Positions 1-9,338 of a stretch of 64,000 nucleotides of DNA are shown here, in pieces. A model generated the notes under the pieces. The model worked only from the letters and a program-made list of their open reading frames with translations, ran no database searches and was not told the origin of the DNA. The first letter of the stretch is position 1; each line of letters opens with the position of its first letter. The translations under genes were made by a program, and so were the position numbers. The stretch comes from a virus. Location: IMG/VR virus record IMGVR_UViG_3300044859_002168, positions 1 to 64,000 of that record; one strand, given 5' to 3'.

Positions 1-105
1 GGCAATGTGATATCCACTTTTTGAAACAGAATCAATACACCTCTCAAGAGCTCTTTCTTGTTCTTCCGATGGACAATGAGCCGTTATAAAAATCAAATCT
101 TTCAT
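1..105 (-). CDS. Partial CDS (N-terminus MKDLIFITAHCPSEEQERALERCIDSV...), possibly glycosyltransferase-like
   Basis: Manual translation from ATG at 105; open to the window edge. Confidence 0.55.
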   Translation of the reverse strand, partial: MKDLIFITAHCPSEEQERALERCIDSVSKSGYHIA

Positions 106-141
106 TCAATAAAAAATAACAAAATAAAAAATTCTGTAAAT

Positions 142-167
142 AAAAAACCCCCACTTTATGTGAGGGT
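142..167 (-). terminator. Intrinsic terminator, CCCTCAC...GTGGGGG-T6 family, copy 1
   Basis: Hairpin plus T-run on minus strand right after the 174..1736 stop. Confidence 0.75.
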
Positions 168-173
168 CTTTTT

Positions 174-1736
174 TTAGATGGTGTATTCATCAACTAACTC
201 AACAATAGAACGTAAGGTTGGTTTAACCAAAACATGGTCTTTTTGAGAGTGACCACCTAAACGAATCAGGTTGTCAAAAAGTTTTTGGTTAGTCTCATAC
301 ATACCCATCAAACCATACTTCTTGAGGGGTTTATCAACATTACCGTAATCTTCTTTCTCCATAGTTCTCATAGTTACTGTTGAGATAACTTTAGACAACA
401 ACTCCATGTAATTATACATACTATCGTAAATAGTCTCGCCACTCATGTACTTGGACGATTTGTTGTTTTCTTTAAGATACATCCAAAATTCCATAAGTGA
501 AAGAATAAACAAACGTTGCATCACAGCTTTTTGACCTACACCAACCATCTCACGAGCCAGTTCCACTTTACGAACATTATTGTTTTTATCACCAAACTTA
601 CCACTAAAAACCTTACCCAAACGGGTTCTCATAAAGTCGATGAAACCGAAAGCATTTGGTTGAACAGGAATCTCATCATCATAAACAGCATCGAGTAAGT
701 TTTCAGCCACTTTTTGGATACCAAGACCCCACTTAACTTTTTCATCAAAACCTAACATGGAACGTACCAACAGGTCGTTAAAGGTTCGTGTCACTTCTTC
801 GTCATTGGTTGAACCATCCTCTTCCAAGTTGTATCCAAATGCACTCATGATAGCTGGGTAAGTCTCAACATATCCACGGGACTTGATGTTATACTCATCT
901 CGAGAACCCCAAATCTGATGGATGGGTTGTACAGGTTTTTGTTGTAAGTTCAACTTGTTAAATTTACTCCTAACCATCTCAATAACTTTAGTCTCATCGT
1001 AGTCTTCAGAGTTGTAAGTCAACGTAATATCGTCTTCGATACACTTGAACACTATCTTACTAATTACTTTGAGGTCAAAGGTTAGTTTTTTTATCTCTTT
1101 TCTTACATTATGCGGTAAGTTTTCAAATTTTACCACCGGTACGTTTTTGTTGGTTCCAATCGCTTTCAAGAGTTTATTACATTCAAGTTGTAAACTCTCA
1201 TCGACTTTTTGTTGGTGCCCTCGGATAATTTCGGGAAGATAGTAAGCCCAAAATTTAGCCGCTTGTTGACCAGAAAGTGTCAATTTACTATTTATAAACT
1301 TACGGATAATATCAACTCGTTGACCACCATCTACAAGCTCTTGTTGATAACGGTTTTCAGGTTGATAAAGTACGATAGTTCCAACTCGTTCTCCACACAA
1401 AAAGTCAAGAAGAATTCCTTTTTGAACTTTAGGCGAGTGTTGGCCCGCAGGACGTTGATATGCAGGTTTCGGATTTACAAGACCATCTGACTTATAGTCA
1501 TCAATGATAGTAGTCACTGATACTTCTTTACCAGCATCTTCTTTGATATACACAAGATAGTGTTTACCAGTCACCTCACCTTTAAACAAAGGTTGAGTAG
1601 TAGAGTCGACTAAACGTCTTTTAGCGTCAGCGACTAATTGGTTGTCTTGGTTCTTTTGACCGTGACCTTCACTTCCTGTGAGGGTGGGTGCTCCCGATGA
1701 TACCATATCGGTTTCATGTAATGAATTTTGGTTCAT
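174..1736 (-). CDS. DUF262 (GmrS/ParB-like) domain protein
   Basis: PAYQR and ELVDGGQR resemble the DUF262 (P)xYQR and DGQQR signatures. Confidence 0.65.
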   Translation of the reverse strand: MNQNSLHETDMVSSGAPTLTGSEGHGQKNQDNQLVADAKRRLVDSTTQPLFKGEVTGKHYLVYIKEDAGKEVSVTTIIDDYKSDGLVNPKPAYQRPAGQHSPKVQKGILLDFLCGERVGTIVLYQPENRYQQELVDGGQRVDIIRKFINSKLTLSGQQAAKFWAYYLPEIIRGHQQKVDESLQLECNKLLKAIGTNKNVPVVKFENLPHNVRKEIKKLTFDLKVISKIVFKCIEDDITLTYNSEDYDETKVIEMVRSKFNKLNLQQKPVQPIHQIWGSRDEYNIKSRGYVETYPAIMSAFGYNLEEDGSTNDEEVTRTFNDLLVRSMLGFDEKVKWGLGIQKVAENLLDAVYDDEIPVQPNAFGFIDFMRTRLGKVFSGKFGDKNNNVRKVELAREMVGVGQKAVMQRLFILSLMEFWMYLKENNKSSKYMSGETIYDSMYNYMELLSKVISTVTMRTMEKEDYGNVDKPLKKYGLMGMYETNQKLFDNLIRLGGHSQKDHVLVKPTLRSIVELVDEYTI

Positions 1737-1817
1737 TGTAAAAAAAGTGTCGTCCGAATTGTGATTAATAGAGTGTCTGTGATAGAAGCTCGGACATTTA
1801 CTCCCACATCGACACTA

Positions 1818-1848
1818 CAAATATAAAACAGATTTTTGAATTACCAAA
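1818..1848 (-). promoter_or_regulatory. Bacteroidota sigmaA-type promoter
   Basis: Minus strand TTTG-N19-TATATTTG. Confidence 0.8.
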
Positions 1849-1872
1849 CGATTTTAAAACTTTTTTTAAAAT

Positions 1873-1900
1873 AAAAAACCCCCACTTAATTAGTGAGGGT
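1873..1900 (-). terminator. Intrinsic terminator, repeated family, copy 2
   Basis: ACCCTCACTAATTAAGTGGGGGTTTTTT on minus strand. Confidence 0.75.
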
Positions 1901-1905
1901 CTATT

Positions 1906-2733
1906 TTACAGATTCATTTCCGTTTGAATCGTTCCTAACCTTCGGTCACAAATATCTACATACTCTTCATTTATCTCAGAACCAATCCATAGTCTATTCA
2001 ACAACATCGCACCTTTTGCGGTGGTTCCACTTCCCATAAATGGGTCGTAAATAATATCCCCCTCGTTTGTCCAAGATGTAATATGGTCCTTAACCAAATC
2101 AATCGGGAAGATAGCGGGGTGTTCATATGCAACCTCATCTTCTTGTCCATTCTTAGAAGTTTTATACGTCCAAACATTATATCTTTGTCCATACTCCTCA
2201 ATCATCTTCTTGGTATTCTCCTTCATGGAACCATCTTTTTGTCTGACAGTGTTTTTACCCCACGAACCTACCTGTCCACCATATACATTCTTCCTGTCTT
2301 TGATTGGATTGAATACCTCAGGTTTACCTTTAGATAAAACAAACATATACTCAAATATCTGATGATATCTTGTGTTTGATGGATTGGCAAAGTTGTTCTT
2401 CATATAAATCATTGTGTCGTGAATATTGAACCCAATTTCTTTAAAGAATAACGCCTGTCTGAATGATGTTCCTGTTTCAGAACCATTGTGTGTTGCATCT
2501 CCTACAACCCATACAACAACCCCACCTTTTTTGGTTACTCTGTATAACTCACGAGCAATGTTCTCAAAGTCAAATGAGTATCCATTGTAATCAGTGGTTA
2601 AACCTTTTATCTTATTGTTATACGTTCTAAGGTCATCATACGGAGGTGATGTGACAGTCAGAGAAACAAAATTGTCTGGCATTCTTTTCATCGTGTCCAA
2701 ACAATCTTCCAAATAAATTCTATTAACTTCCAT
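1906..2733 (-). CDS. DNA methyltransferase, N4C/N6A beta class
   Basis: Motif IV TSPPY near N-terminus; HPAIFP; motif I DPFMGSGTT near C-terminus. Confidence 0.92.
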   Translation of the reverse strand: MEVNRIYLEDCLDTMKRMPDNFVSLTVTSPPYDDLRTYNNKIKGLTTDYNGYSFDFENIARELYRVTKKGGVVVWVVGDATHNGSETGTSFRQALFFKEIGFNIHDTMIYMKNNFANPSNTRYHQIFEYMFVLSKGKPEVFNPIKDRKNVYGGQVGSWGKNTVRQKDGSMKENTKKMIEEYGQRYNVWTYKTSKNGQEDEVAYEHPAIFPIDLVKDHITSWTNEGDIIYDPFMGSGTTAKGAMLLNRLWIGSEINEEYVDICDRRLGTIQTEMNL

Positions 2734-2768
2734 ACAGTAAATATAAGATTTTTTAAATACAAAGTATA

Positions 2769-3242
2769 TTATTTATTACGCCTGTTTAAAAATTCATAAA
2801 TTTTTTCCGCACTCATTTTTTTATTCTTACCTAATTTTCCATTTTTTTCTAACAAGACAATTTCATCTTTAGTTATTTCATGAAAAATTAGGTTTTCAAT
2901 ATCTCTAAAATCGACAGCAACATAAATGTCTAAACTATTTAATTTTTCTTTAAACCCTTCTTCAGTAACCACCCTACCATATCCAACCTCCTTAGATGAT
3001 GCAAAAGAAATACCATTTTTACTTATGGACCTAACTTCTTCTCTACCATTCATAACATCACTAACATCATATGGACTCGACTCAGATGACGCTCGAGTGG
3101 AACCTCTTACTTCTTCTCGAATAAATTCCGAAAGTCTACCAATGATTCTACCATCATTTAAAAATTTTTTTACCGCATCAACACTGATGTTGAAACCTTC
3201 AGCAATTTTTTCAAGGTTAATTTGGTGTTCCATATTACTCAT
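2769..3242 (-). CDS. Putative PD-(D/E)xK restriction endonuclease, PvuII-like
   Basis: 157 aa; D-x9-EVRS spacing like PvuII D-x9-ELKS; directly upstream of a beta-class MTase. Confidence 0.45.
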   Translation of the reverse strand: MSNMEHQINLEKIAEGFNISVDAVKKFLNDGRIIGRLSEFIREEVRGSTRASSESSPYDVSDVMNGREEVRSISKNGISFASSKEVGYGRVVTEEGFKEKLNSLDIYVAVDFRDIENLIFHEITKDEIVLLEKNGKLGKNKKMSAEKIYEFLNRRNK

Positions 3243-3279
3243 AATGCAAAGTAAAACAAAAAATTTGACACTACCAAAT

Positions 3280-3305
3280 AAAAAACCCCCACTTTTGGTG
3301 GAGGG
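3280..3305 (-). terminator. Intrinsic terminator, repeated family, copy 3
   Basis: CCCTCCACCAAAAGTGGGGGTTTTTT on minus strand. Confidence 0.7.
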
Positions 3306-3331
3306 CTTTATGATTTTGATTTAAATGGGAA

Positions 3332-3763
3332 TTACATCATCCCGATTGAGTTAATCACATCTCCCTGTCTGATTTGGTCAAGGACATCAAGACCTTCCAC
3401 CACTTTACCAAAACAAGTGTGGTTATTATCCAAATGCTGTGTACCTTGTCGGTTGTGACAGATAAAGAACTGTGAACCACCTGTGTTACGTCCCGCATGT
3501 GCCATAGACAATACACCTCTGTCGTGGTATTGTTTTGGTGCGGTTACCTCACACTGAATGGTGTAGCCAGGACCACCGTTACCCATACCGTTAGGACATC
3601 CACCCTGAACAACAAAGTTTGGAATTACTCTGTGGAAGTTTAATCCATCATAAAACTTCTTCTCAATTAAACTTTTGAAGTTACCTGTGGTAATTGGCGT
3701 TTCATCGTCATACAATTCTGCAATCATATCACCCTTGCTTGTTGAAATTTTTACTCTACTCAT
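3332..3763 (-). CDS. Cyclophilin-type peptidyl-prolyl isomerase
   Basis: FYDGLNFHRVIPNFVVQGG, LSMAHAGRNTGGSQFFI, FGKVVEG. Confidence 0.95.
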   Translation of the reverse strand: MSRVKISTSKGDMIAELYDDETPITTGNFKSLIEKKFYDGLNFHRVIPNFVVQGGCPNGMGNGGPGYTIQCEVTAPKQYHDRGVLSMAHAGRNTGGSQFFICHNRQGTQHLDNNHTCFGKVVEGLDVLDQIRQGDVINSIGMM

Positions 3764-3863
3764 GTGTTATATTTTTGATAAACATAAACAATCTGTGGTG
3801 ATGTATCAACACATTATTAATGGGTATGTCAAACAAATTGTGATTTTTACGGTATTTATTTAC

Positions 3864-4424
3864 ATGGGTAAATTTATATTACAAGAATCCGAAAAAGAAC
3901 AAATCAGAAGAATGTATGGGTTGGTTAATGAACAAACACAATCTCCTGAAGATAACCAAGAATTTCTTGATTGGGCTAAAAATGCTACAGTAATGCCATT
4001 TATAGCACCAAACCCATATAGTAATGGGGATTTAAAACTTGGTGTTCAAATCAAAGGTAATGATGGAGAAACCATATCTTCAATGGATTTAAGAAATCCA
4101 AATCAATCACAAGTTATTAATCTCATTGAAAGATTGGATGTAACAACTGAAGATGGTAAACTTGTTTATCGTTTTGGTACAGATAATGGTCAACTTTTTA
4201 ACGCCTCAACATTTAAAGCAAACTATGAGGTTATTGATAATTCATATGTTGTATATTCTATAGTTGATGAAAATTCTGATATGATTCAAAAACTAAAACA
4301 ATTTACCAAACCAGGTAAAATAAATAAATTTATTGTTACTGTTACACCAAGACTATCAAGTGATTTATTAAAAACAGGTTCAAAATTATTTACAACCAAA
4401 CCCAACATATTAATTGTACAATAA
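3864..4424 (+). CDS. Hypothetical protein with phage leader (MGKFILQESEKEQIRRMYGLVNE)
   Basis: Start moved to ATG 3864, downstream of TATTTAT at 3853. Confidence 0.75.
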   Translation: MGKFILQESEKEQIRRMYGLVNEQTQSPEDNQEFLDWAKNATVMPFIAPNPYSNGDLKLGVQIKGNDGETISSMDLRNPNQSQVINLIERLDVTTEDGKLVYRFGTDNGQLFNASTFKANYEVIDNSYVVYSIVDENSDMIQKLKQFTKPGKINKFIVTVTPRLSSDLLKTGSKLFTTKPNILIVQ

Positions 4425-4489
4425 AAAATCCCATCATTGATTACATTCTAAATATGTGTTCTTTGAACTTTTCATAATGGATAAATATA

Positions 4490-5011
4490 TTAATTTATTT
4501 CAAAATTGTTTGTCCCATCAGGTTTAACAAAATATTTATCTATCACCTTTTTATTATCTAAGACATCGGATAAACTTACATAGTCTTTATTTTTATCACC
4601 CCATGTTGTTTTCATTAAAACCACATCTGAGTGGGGTATAACAATTGCACCAACATCATCCATATCTGACTTAAGAAATGCGTATCTTCTGTGATTTCCA
4701 TCAACCACAATATACTTAGTCCTGTCATATGGATGTTGTATTACTTTGATTGGTGGTAACTCTTCACCATCATTGATGGATTTAACCATATTTTTAATAT
4801 TATCACTTGTTTCCATGTATGATATATCTTTGAATGGCTCGTTTGGTAATGTGTCACTTACTCGTATCTTCTGAATTGCTCCAACATATTTGTCTGCATA
4901 TTCACTTCCCCCACCATCAGAGAATATTTCTACAGGTTGATTGGTGATTACCTCTTCATTGATAACTCCCATCATTTCTTTGATTCTATGTATATTTTCT
5001 TGTAAGTTCAT
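4490..5011 (-). CDS. ParB/sulfiredoxin-like domain protein with leader MNLQENIHRIKEMM
   Basis: LPPIKV...YIVVDGNHRRYA motif. Confidence 0.75.
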   Translation of the reverse strand: MNLQENIHRIKEMMGVINEEVITNQPVEIFSDGGGSEYADKYVGAIQKIRVSDTLPNEPFKDISYMETSDNIKNMVKSINDGEELPPIKVIQHPYDRTKYIVVDGNHRRYAFLKSDMDDVGAIVIPHSDVVLMKTTWGDKNKDYVSLSDVLDNKKVIDKYFVKPDGTNNFEIN

Positions 5012-5535
5012 CGTCTCAAATAATTGTTGATTTTATCTTGAACTTCAGGGTCATCACCCGTGTAAATGATGTCTATAAGATAACGATGTAATGGATATAT
5101 TTCATTAGTCATCACACGTTCTTCCAATTCATTATTCTTTTTATGATATTCGTAGTCAGGTTCAATCCCTGCATAGTTGAACGATTCAACTTTATATTTT
5201 GTTCTTAATTTGTTTCTATCTACAACAAATGTCATATTTGAATCTTCCAATGGTGATTCCAATCCTATACCTATTGTGTGACCTGGGTCCCAATTCTTAT
5301 CTCTTGTAAATGAAATGGCGTTTTGATGTTTTGTTTTGGCCATTCTTTTATCATATTGAAGGTAATCTCCTGATGGTATTGAACCCGCCCTTAACGCATC
5401 ACTATTGATTATATCTAATCCCCTGTTTGTTGAAGTCTTGTGATATAACGGAACTCCTTTGATGTCATCAAACACTTCGTTTAATCCCATCACCTCCTTA
5501 ATCCTATTTATGTTTTCAAACAAATTCATAAACAA
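5008..5535 (-). CDS. Hypothetical protein, possible ADP-ribosyltransferase fold, leader MNLFENINRIKEVM
   Basis: LYHKT...ISFTRD...ELEER pattern. Confidence 0.45.
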   Translation of the reverse strand: MFMNLFENINRIKEVMGLNEVFDDIKGVPLYHKTSTNRGLDIINSDALRAGSIPSGDYLQYDKRMAKTKHQNAISFTRDKNWDPGHTIGIGLESPLEDSNMTFVVDRNKLRTKYKVESFNYAGIEPDYEYHKKNNELEERVMTNEIYPLHRYLIDIIYTGDDPEVQDKINNYLRR

Positions 5536-5543
5536 TAAATATT

Positions 5544-5720
5544 TTAATCTTTTGTAATTAGTTCAGATATCTCCTTTAACACAACGTTCATTTGTGAAAT
5601 ACCATCAAATAAAGCAACATAGATGTTTGGATTATTTGGAACATAATAAAACTTTTTTATAGTCCACATTTTGTTGTTGTAAGTAATCTCTTTACCTATG
5701 ATTGGGAATGCATCTCTCAT
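5544..5720 (-). CDS. Small hypothetical protein, 58 aa (MRDAFPIIGKEITYNNKMW...)
   Basis: Manual translation; fills the gap; not in the ORF track. Confidence 0.65.
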   Translation of the reverse strand: MRDAFPIIGKEITYNNKMWTIKKFYYVPNNPNIYVALFDGISQMNVVLKEISELITKD

Positions 5721-5774
5721 AAAAGGTAAATACTATCATCACAAATAATAATTTGAAGATATTTATAAATAAAA

Positions 5775-5856
5775 CAAGCCCCCTGTTTCAGGGCATTTAG
5801 GACCGTTACCGTTTCGGTAACAAAAAAAAGGGGAATTCGCTACTCCCCTTTTATTT
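5775..5856 (+). ncRNA. Candidate small structured RNA (three hairpins)
   Basis: TATTTATA at 5760, then GCCC..GGGC, GTTACCG/CGGTAAC and AAAAGGGGA/TCCCCTTTT hairpins; no ORF. Confidence 0.4.
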
Positions 5857-6594
5857 TTACCAATAACCCACGTCTTGTCTAAAAAAGTTTGGATTCCGTC
5901 TGTTAACATATGATTTGATTAACAACCGAATCATACCTGTATAACCCATCTTCCTGAATCTTCTATCGTCCTGACCAACGTAGTGATTTAAAATTTTAAA
6001 TTCTCTTACTCTGTATTTTTTTGACAAACAATAATCTTCAGAGTGTTGAAGGGTTTCATCAAATTGTCCGTAATGCATAAATGATTTCTTTGTAGTTAAA
6101 AAGAATGTACCAACCGCGAATGGTGTCTTCTTACTCACAAAGTGATTTACCACATTGAAGAGTTTAAATGCAAGTTTGCTTCTAAGTGATTTACTAACCG
6201 ATTTTACCTTACAAGTTACAAGTTGTACCTTACTGTCTTTCAGTGTTAAAAGTGCATCAGATATTTGAGTATCACTTAAAAGTATTGAGTCAGCATCCAA
6301 GAATAAAATGTAAGGTGTTTTACTCAGATTGGCACCTACGTTCCTACCAAGAGCAACCTTCCCCCCATTTTGTATCTCAATCTTTAACACATCCTTTAAC
6401 TCCTCTTTACATCTTTTGATAACCTCTTGTGTTCCGTCAGTTGATTTACCATCACTGACAATAACTCTTGTTCCTTTGATACCCACTTGTTTACCAATGT
6501 TCATCAAAGTTTTTCCTATGTAATTCACCTCGTTGTAACACGGAATTACAATTGTCAATTCATCACTAATATTTGTGTACTTCATATTGCCCAT
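5857..6594 (-). CDS. Glycosyltransferase family 2
   Basis: IVIPCYNE, SDGKSTDGT, ILFLDAD, ED motifs. Confidence 0.9.
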   Translation of the reverse strand: MGNMKYTNISDELTIVIPCYNEVNYIGKTLMNIGKQVGIKGTRVIVSDGKSTDGTQEVIKRCKEELKDVLKIEIQNGGKVALGRNVGANLSKTPYILFLDADSILLSDTQISDALLTLKDSKVQLVTCKVKSVSKSLRSKLAFKLFNVVNHFVSKKTPFAVGTFFLTTKKSFMHYGQFDETLQHSEDYCLSKKYRVREFKILNHYVGQDDRRFRKMGYTGMIRLLIKSYVNRRNPNFFRQDVGYW

Positions 6595-7255
6595 CTTTTA
6601 ATGTAATATATGATTTGTTCTCAATCCAATCACCACAATTTAAATATCTAACCCCATCAACCATCTTGTCTTCAGGTGTGTGGATGTGCCCACATATAAC
6701 CGTATGACAGTATCTTCTTTTAGCTTGGAACACAAGTTGATTCTCAAATGATGTGATAAACTTTACCGCCTCTTTAACTCTGTCTTTTAAGAATTTGGAC
6801 AAAGACCTTTTAACCCCCAAAGACTTTAGTTTTCTGTCAATGTAAATCGCCGAGTCATATCCAATTGAACCTAACATAGCCAACCACTTTAATTTAACCA
6901 CACCGTCATATAAGTCACCGTGTGTAATCCAAGTACCTTTATATTCATATTCATTATGAATTTCAATGTTACCCAACTCCAAGAATGGGAACTCCCTCAA
7001 AAACTCATCATGGTTTCCCGTAATGTAAATTACCTTGGTACCGTTCTTTGAGTAAGATAGAATCTTTCTAATTACATTGGTGTATGATTGTGTCCAATAA
7101 AATCTTTTCTTGAGTAACCAACCATCTATTATATCACCAACTAAAAACAAATGCTCAGGGTTGTACATCTTCAATACTTCTAACAGTTTTTCGGACTCAA
7201 CCCCACGGGCACCTAAGTGAACGTCCGAAATAAATAATGCTTCTATTTTCATCAC
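6566..7255 (-). CDS. LpxH-like metallophosphoesterase (UDP-2,3-diacylglucosamine hydrolase family)
   Basis: SDVHLG, GDIIDGW, GNHD, HGD, GHIH, NCGDW. Confidence 0.85.
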   Translation of the reverse strand: MMKIEALFISDVHLGARGVESEKLLEVLKMYNPEHLFLVGDIIDGWLLKKRFYWTQSYTNVIRKILSYSKNGTKVIYITGNHDEFLREFPFLELGNIEIHNEYEYKGTWITHGDLYDGVVKLKWLAMLGSIGYDSAIYIDRKLKSLGVKRSLSKFLKDRVKEAVKFITSFENQLVFQAKRRYCHTVICGHIHTPEDKMVDGVRYLNCGDWIENKSYITLKDGQYEVHKY

Positions 7256-7340
7256 CTATAATTAGGTTAAATTATGTTGTTATGATGGTTTTATGTATTA
7301 TCAAAACTTTAATATTAACTATAGGAAAGTATTTATAATC

Positions 7341-7727
7341 ATGAAGTATATTATCTCAGAATCACAATATAAAAGATTCAATGAAAATATTGATATTGAA
7401 TCTAATATTATTGGCCAGCCAACAGAGGAAGTTTTAACCGTTGCCGATTTTCTGAATCGTTACGATATTGTTGAGCCAGGAAGAATGTTAATTGAAGACC
7501 AAGCAATTCAAGTCTTTGGATTTGAAGGAAAAGATTTCAAATTCTTTGATGATGAATTCTTAATCTTTATTGTCTACCCAAGTAAAGGTGACATTTGGAT
7601 TAACGTTGAATGGGTTGAAGATGATACCATTAATCCCGAACAATTAAGTGAAGTCATTGATTATGTGAAACAACTCGCAGGTAATTATTCCATGTTTTAT
7701 TGGGCAATTGAAGGGGAACCCATCTAA
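7341..7727 (+). CDS. Hypothetical protein with leader MKYIISESQ
   Basis: Start moved to ATG 7341 after TATTTATA at 7330. Confidence 0.75.
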   Translation: MKYIISESQYKRFNENIDIESNIIGQPTEEVLTVADFLNRYDIVEPGRMLIEDQAIQVFGFEGKDFKFFDDEFLIFIVYPSKGDIWINVEWVEDDTINPEQLSEVIDYVKQLAGNYSMFYWAIEGEPI

Positions 7728-7744
7728 CAGATATTTATTAGAAT

Positions 7745-8290
7745 ATGAAAATTATTATCACGGAGTCTCAACGTAAGATTTTAACCGAAGGGTTAGATTT
7801 TACGGAAGTTTATAAAAAAAATTACAATCCAATATTTTCTCAGGTTTGTATGAAGTACGCCAAAGGTGATATTGATTTAGCCAAAGAGTTTTGTCAGATT
7901 GGATTTCTTAAAGTTCATAAAAACTTAGACAAATACTCAGGTCAAGGTAGTTTACAAGGATGGGTAAGAAGAGTTGTCACCAACGAAATTATCAATGAGT
8001 TTAGAAAAAAACAGTTGGATACCACAACTGATTTAGATATCTCAAAAATGGATGTTGGAGTAGAACCTACGGAAACCGATTTCATGGGTGGTAGAATAAC
8101 CAAAGAACAGTTAAGAAAAGCGGTTGATGGTTTAGCCGAAGGTTACAAAACAATATTGATGTTATATTATTTTGGTAACCTAAAACACAATGAGATTGCG
8201 GAGGTCTTGGGTATTGACCCAGGAACCTCTCGTTCACAACTCAGTAAGGCAAAAATAAGTTTAAGAAACGTTTTAGCGAAATACCTTTAA
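7745..8290 (+). CDS. ECF-type sigma-70 factor with leader MKIIITESQ
   Basis: Region 2 (GFLKVHKNLDKY..GSLQGWVRRVVTN) and region 4 HTH (HNEIAEVLGIDPGTSRSQLSKAK). Confidence 0.9.
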   Translation: MKIIITESQRKILTEGLDFTEVYKKNYNPIFSQVCMKYAKGDIDLAKEFCQIGFLKVHKNLDKYSGQGSLQGWVRRVVTNEIINEFRKKQLDTTTDLDISKMDVGVEPTETDFMGGRITKEQLRKAVDGLAEGYKTILMLYYFGNLKHNEIAEVLGIDPGTSRSQLSKAKISLRNVLAKYL

Positions 8291-8541
8291 TATCTATTAA
8301 GGATTTGTAACCTAATCTTTTTTTGGTCTTCCTCAGGATTTGATTTTAATCCCCCCAAACTTATAGACTCACCATAACAATGTGGTTCAACAACATCAAA
8401 GTCATCCACATCTTTGATTACTCGGAATGAGACAAACCCAGCACTTGTTGCATCTTGCCCACCAACTATGTCAGAGTGATTTATCGCAGCACTAAAAACA
8501 ATCACACTACCATTGATAACAACATATTTTGCGACAAACAT
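8287..8541 (-). CDS. Hypothetical phage protein
   Basis: ORF in minus-strand run; HSD and CYGESISL motifs. Confidence 0.7.
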   Translation of the reverse strand: MFVAKYVVINGSVIVFSAAINHSDIVGGQDATSAGFVSFRVIKDVDDFDVVEPHCYGESISLGGLKSNPEEDQKKIRLQILNRY

Positions 8542-8543
8542 AA

Positions 8544-8762
8544 TTATGAATTTAATTGTTTCCCAATCATTTTACATTTGTGTCTCATATCACAAATGAT
8601 TTCAAAATACAAATGTGTATCTAATTGTTTGATTTGTGGTTGTTCAGAAAAGTTATCAATCAATCGTTCGGCAGTTCTAATTTGCTCAGATGTCTGACAA
8701 CTATCAATTACTTTATGGACCCATTTAATCAGGTCTCCGTAGTGAACTTCGTTTTTACTCAT
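8544..8762 (-). CDS. Hypothetical protein
   Basis: ORF with TATATTTG promoter element just upstream. Confidence 0.7.
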   Translation of the reverse strand: MSKNEVHYGDLIKWVHKVIDSCQTSEQIRTAERLIDNFSEQPQIKQLDTHLYFEIICDMRHKCKMIGKQLNS

Positions 8763-8810
8763 AGAGCAAATATAATATAAAAAACTTCACTCACAAGTTA
8801 GGGTGTTAAA

Positions 8811-9038
8811 TTATTCTTCATCTTTAAATGGAAACCCACCCCAAAGGATTCTAATCAATCCCAAAGAGAGAGCATGATGTTGCCCATCATAATAAAAATG
8901 GTCGTAATGAAACCTCCACAAACCAAATTCAAATGTAAGATAATCTAATTTTGTAAATTTGGATAACCATTGTGAGTGTCCACCACTTTTTGTTGGTTTA
9001 CCATCAAATACTTTAATTTTTTTTCGGAGAACTTTCAT
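8811..9038 (-). CDS. Hypothetical protein
   Basis: ORF in minus-strand run. Confidence 0.6.
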   Translation of the reverse strand: MKVLRKKIKVFDGKPTKSGGHSQWLSKFTKLDYLTFEFGLWRFHYDHFYYDGQHHALSLGLIRILWGGFPFKDEE

Positions 9039-9066
9039 TTGTTATATTTTTAAAAAATATAGTAAA

Positions 9067-9327
9067 CTATTCCTCTCCGCCCAACTCTGAACTCAAAATT
9101 TCATATACTCTGTCAAGAACTTCTAAGGTAAAGTCCTCACCGTACACACCATTAATCTCTCTGAACTTAGAAATCATTCTATCTGAGATGTAATTTACTT
9201 TGTTTTGTTTGTTTGGTTTTTTGTCAATATCCATATTAAAATCAAATGATTGTGGGAGTTCAGGGTATTTTACCGCAATCTCCTTAATTAAATCAATAAG
9301 TTGTGATTCCGTTAACCGAACTTTCAT
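9067..9327 (-). CDS. Hypothetical protein with leader MKVRLTESQL
   Basis: ORF; shared leader motif. Confidence 0.75.
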   Translation of the reverse strand: MKVRLTESQLIDLIKEIAVKYPELPQSFDFNMDIDKKPNKQNKVNYISDRMISKFREINGVYGEDFTLEVLDRVYEILSSELGGEE

Positions 9328-9338
9328 ACTATTAAATA

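Noticed and set aside
516-3324. Short plus-strand ORFs antisense to the DUF262, MTase and nuclease genes (and similar ones elsewhere)
   Set aside because: Fully nested opposite well-supported genes, with no motifs or promoter signals
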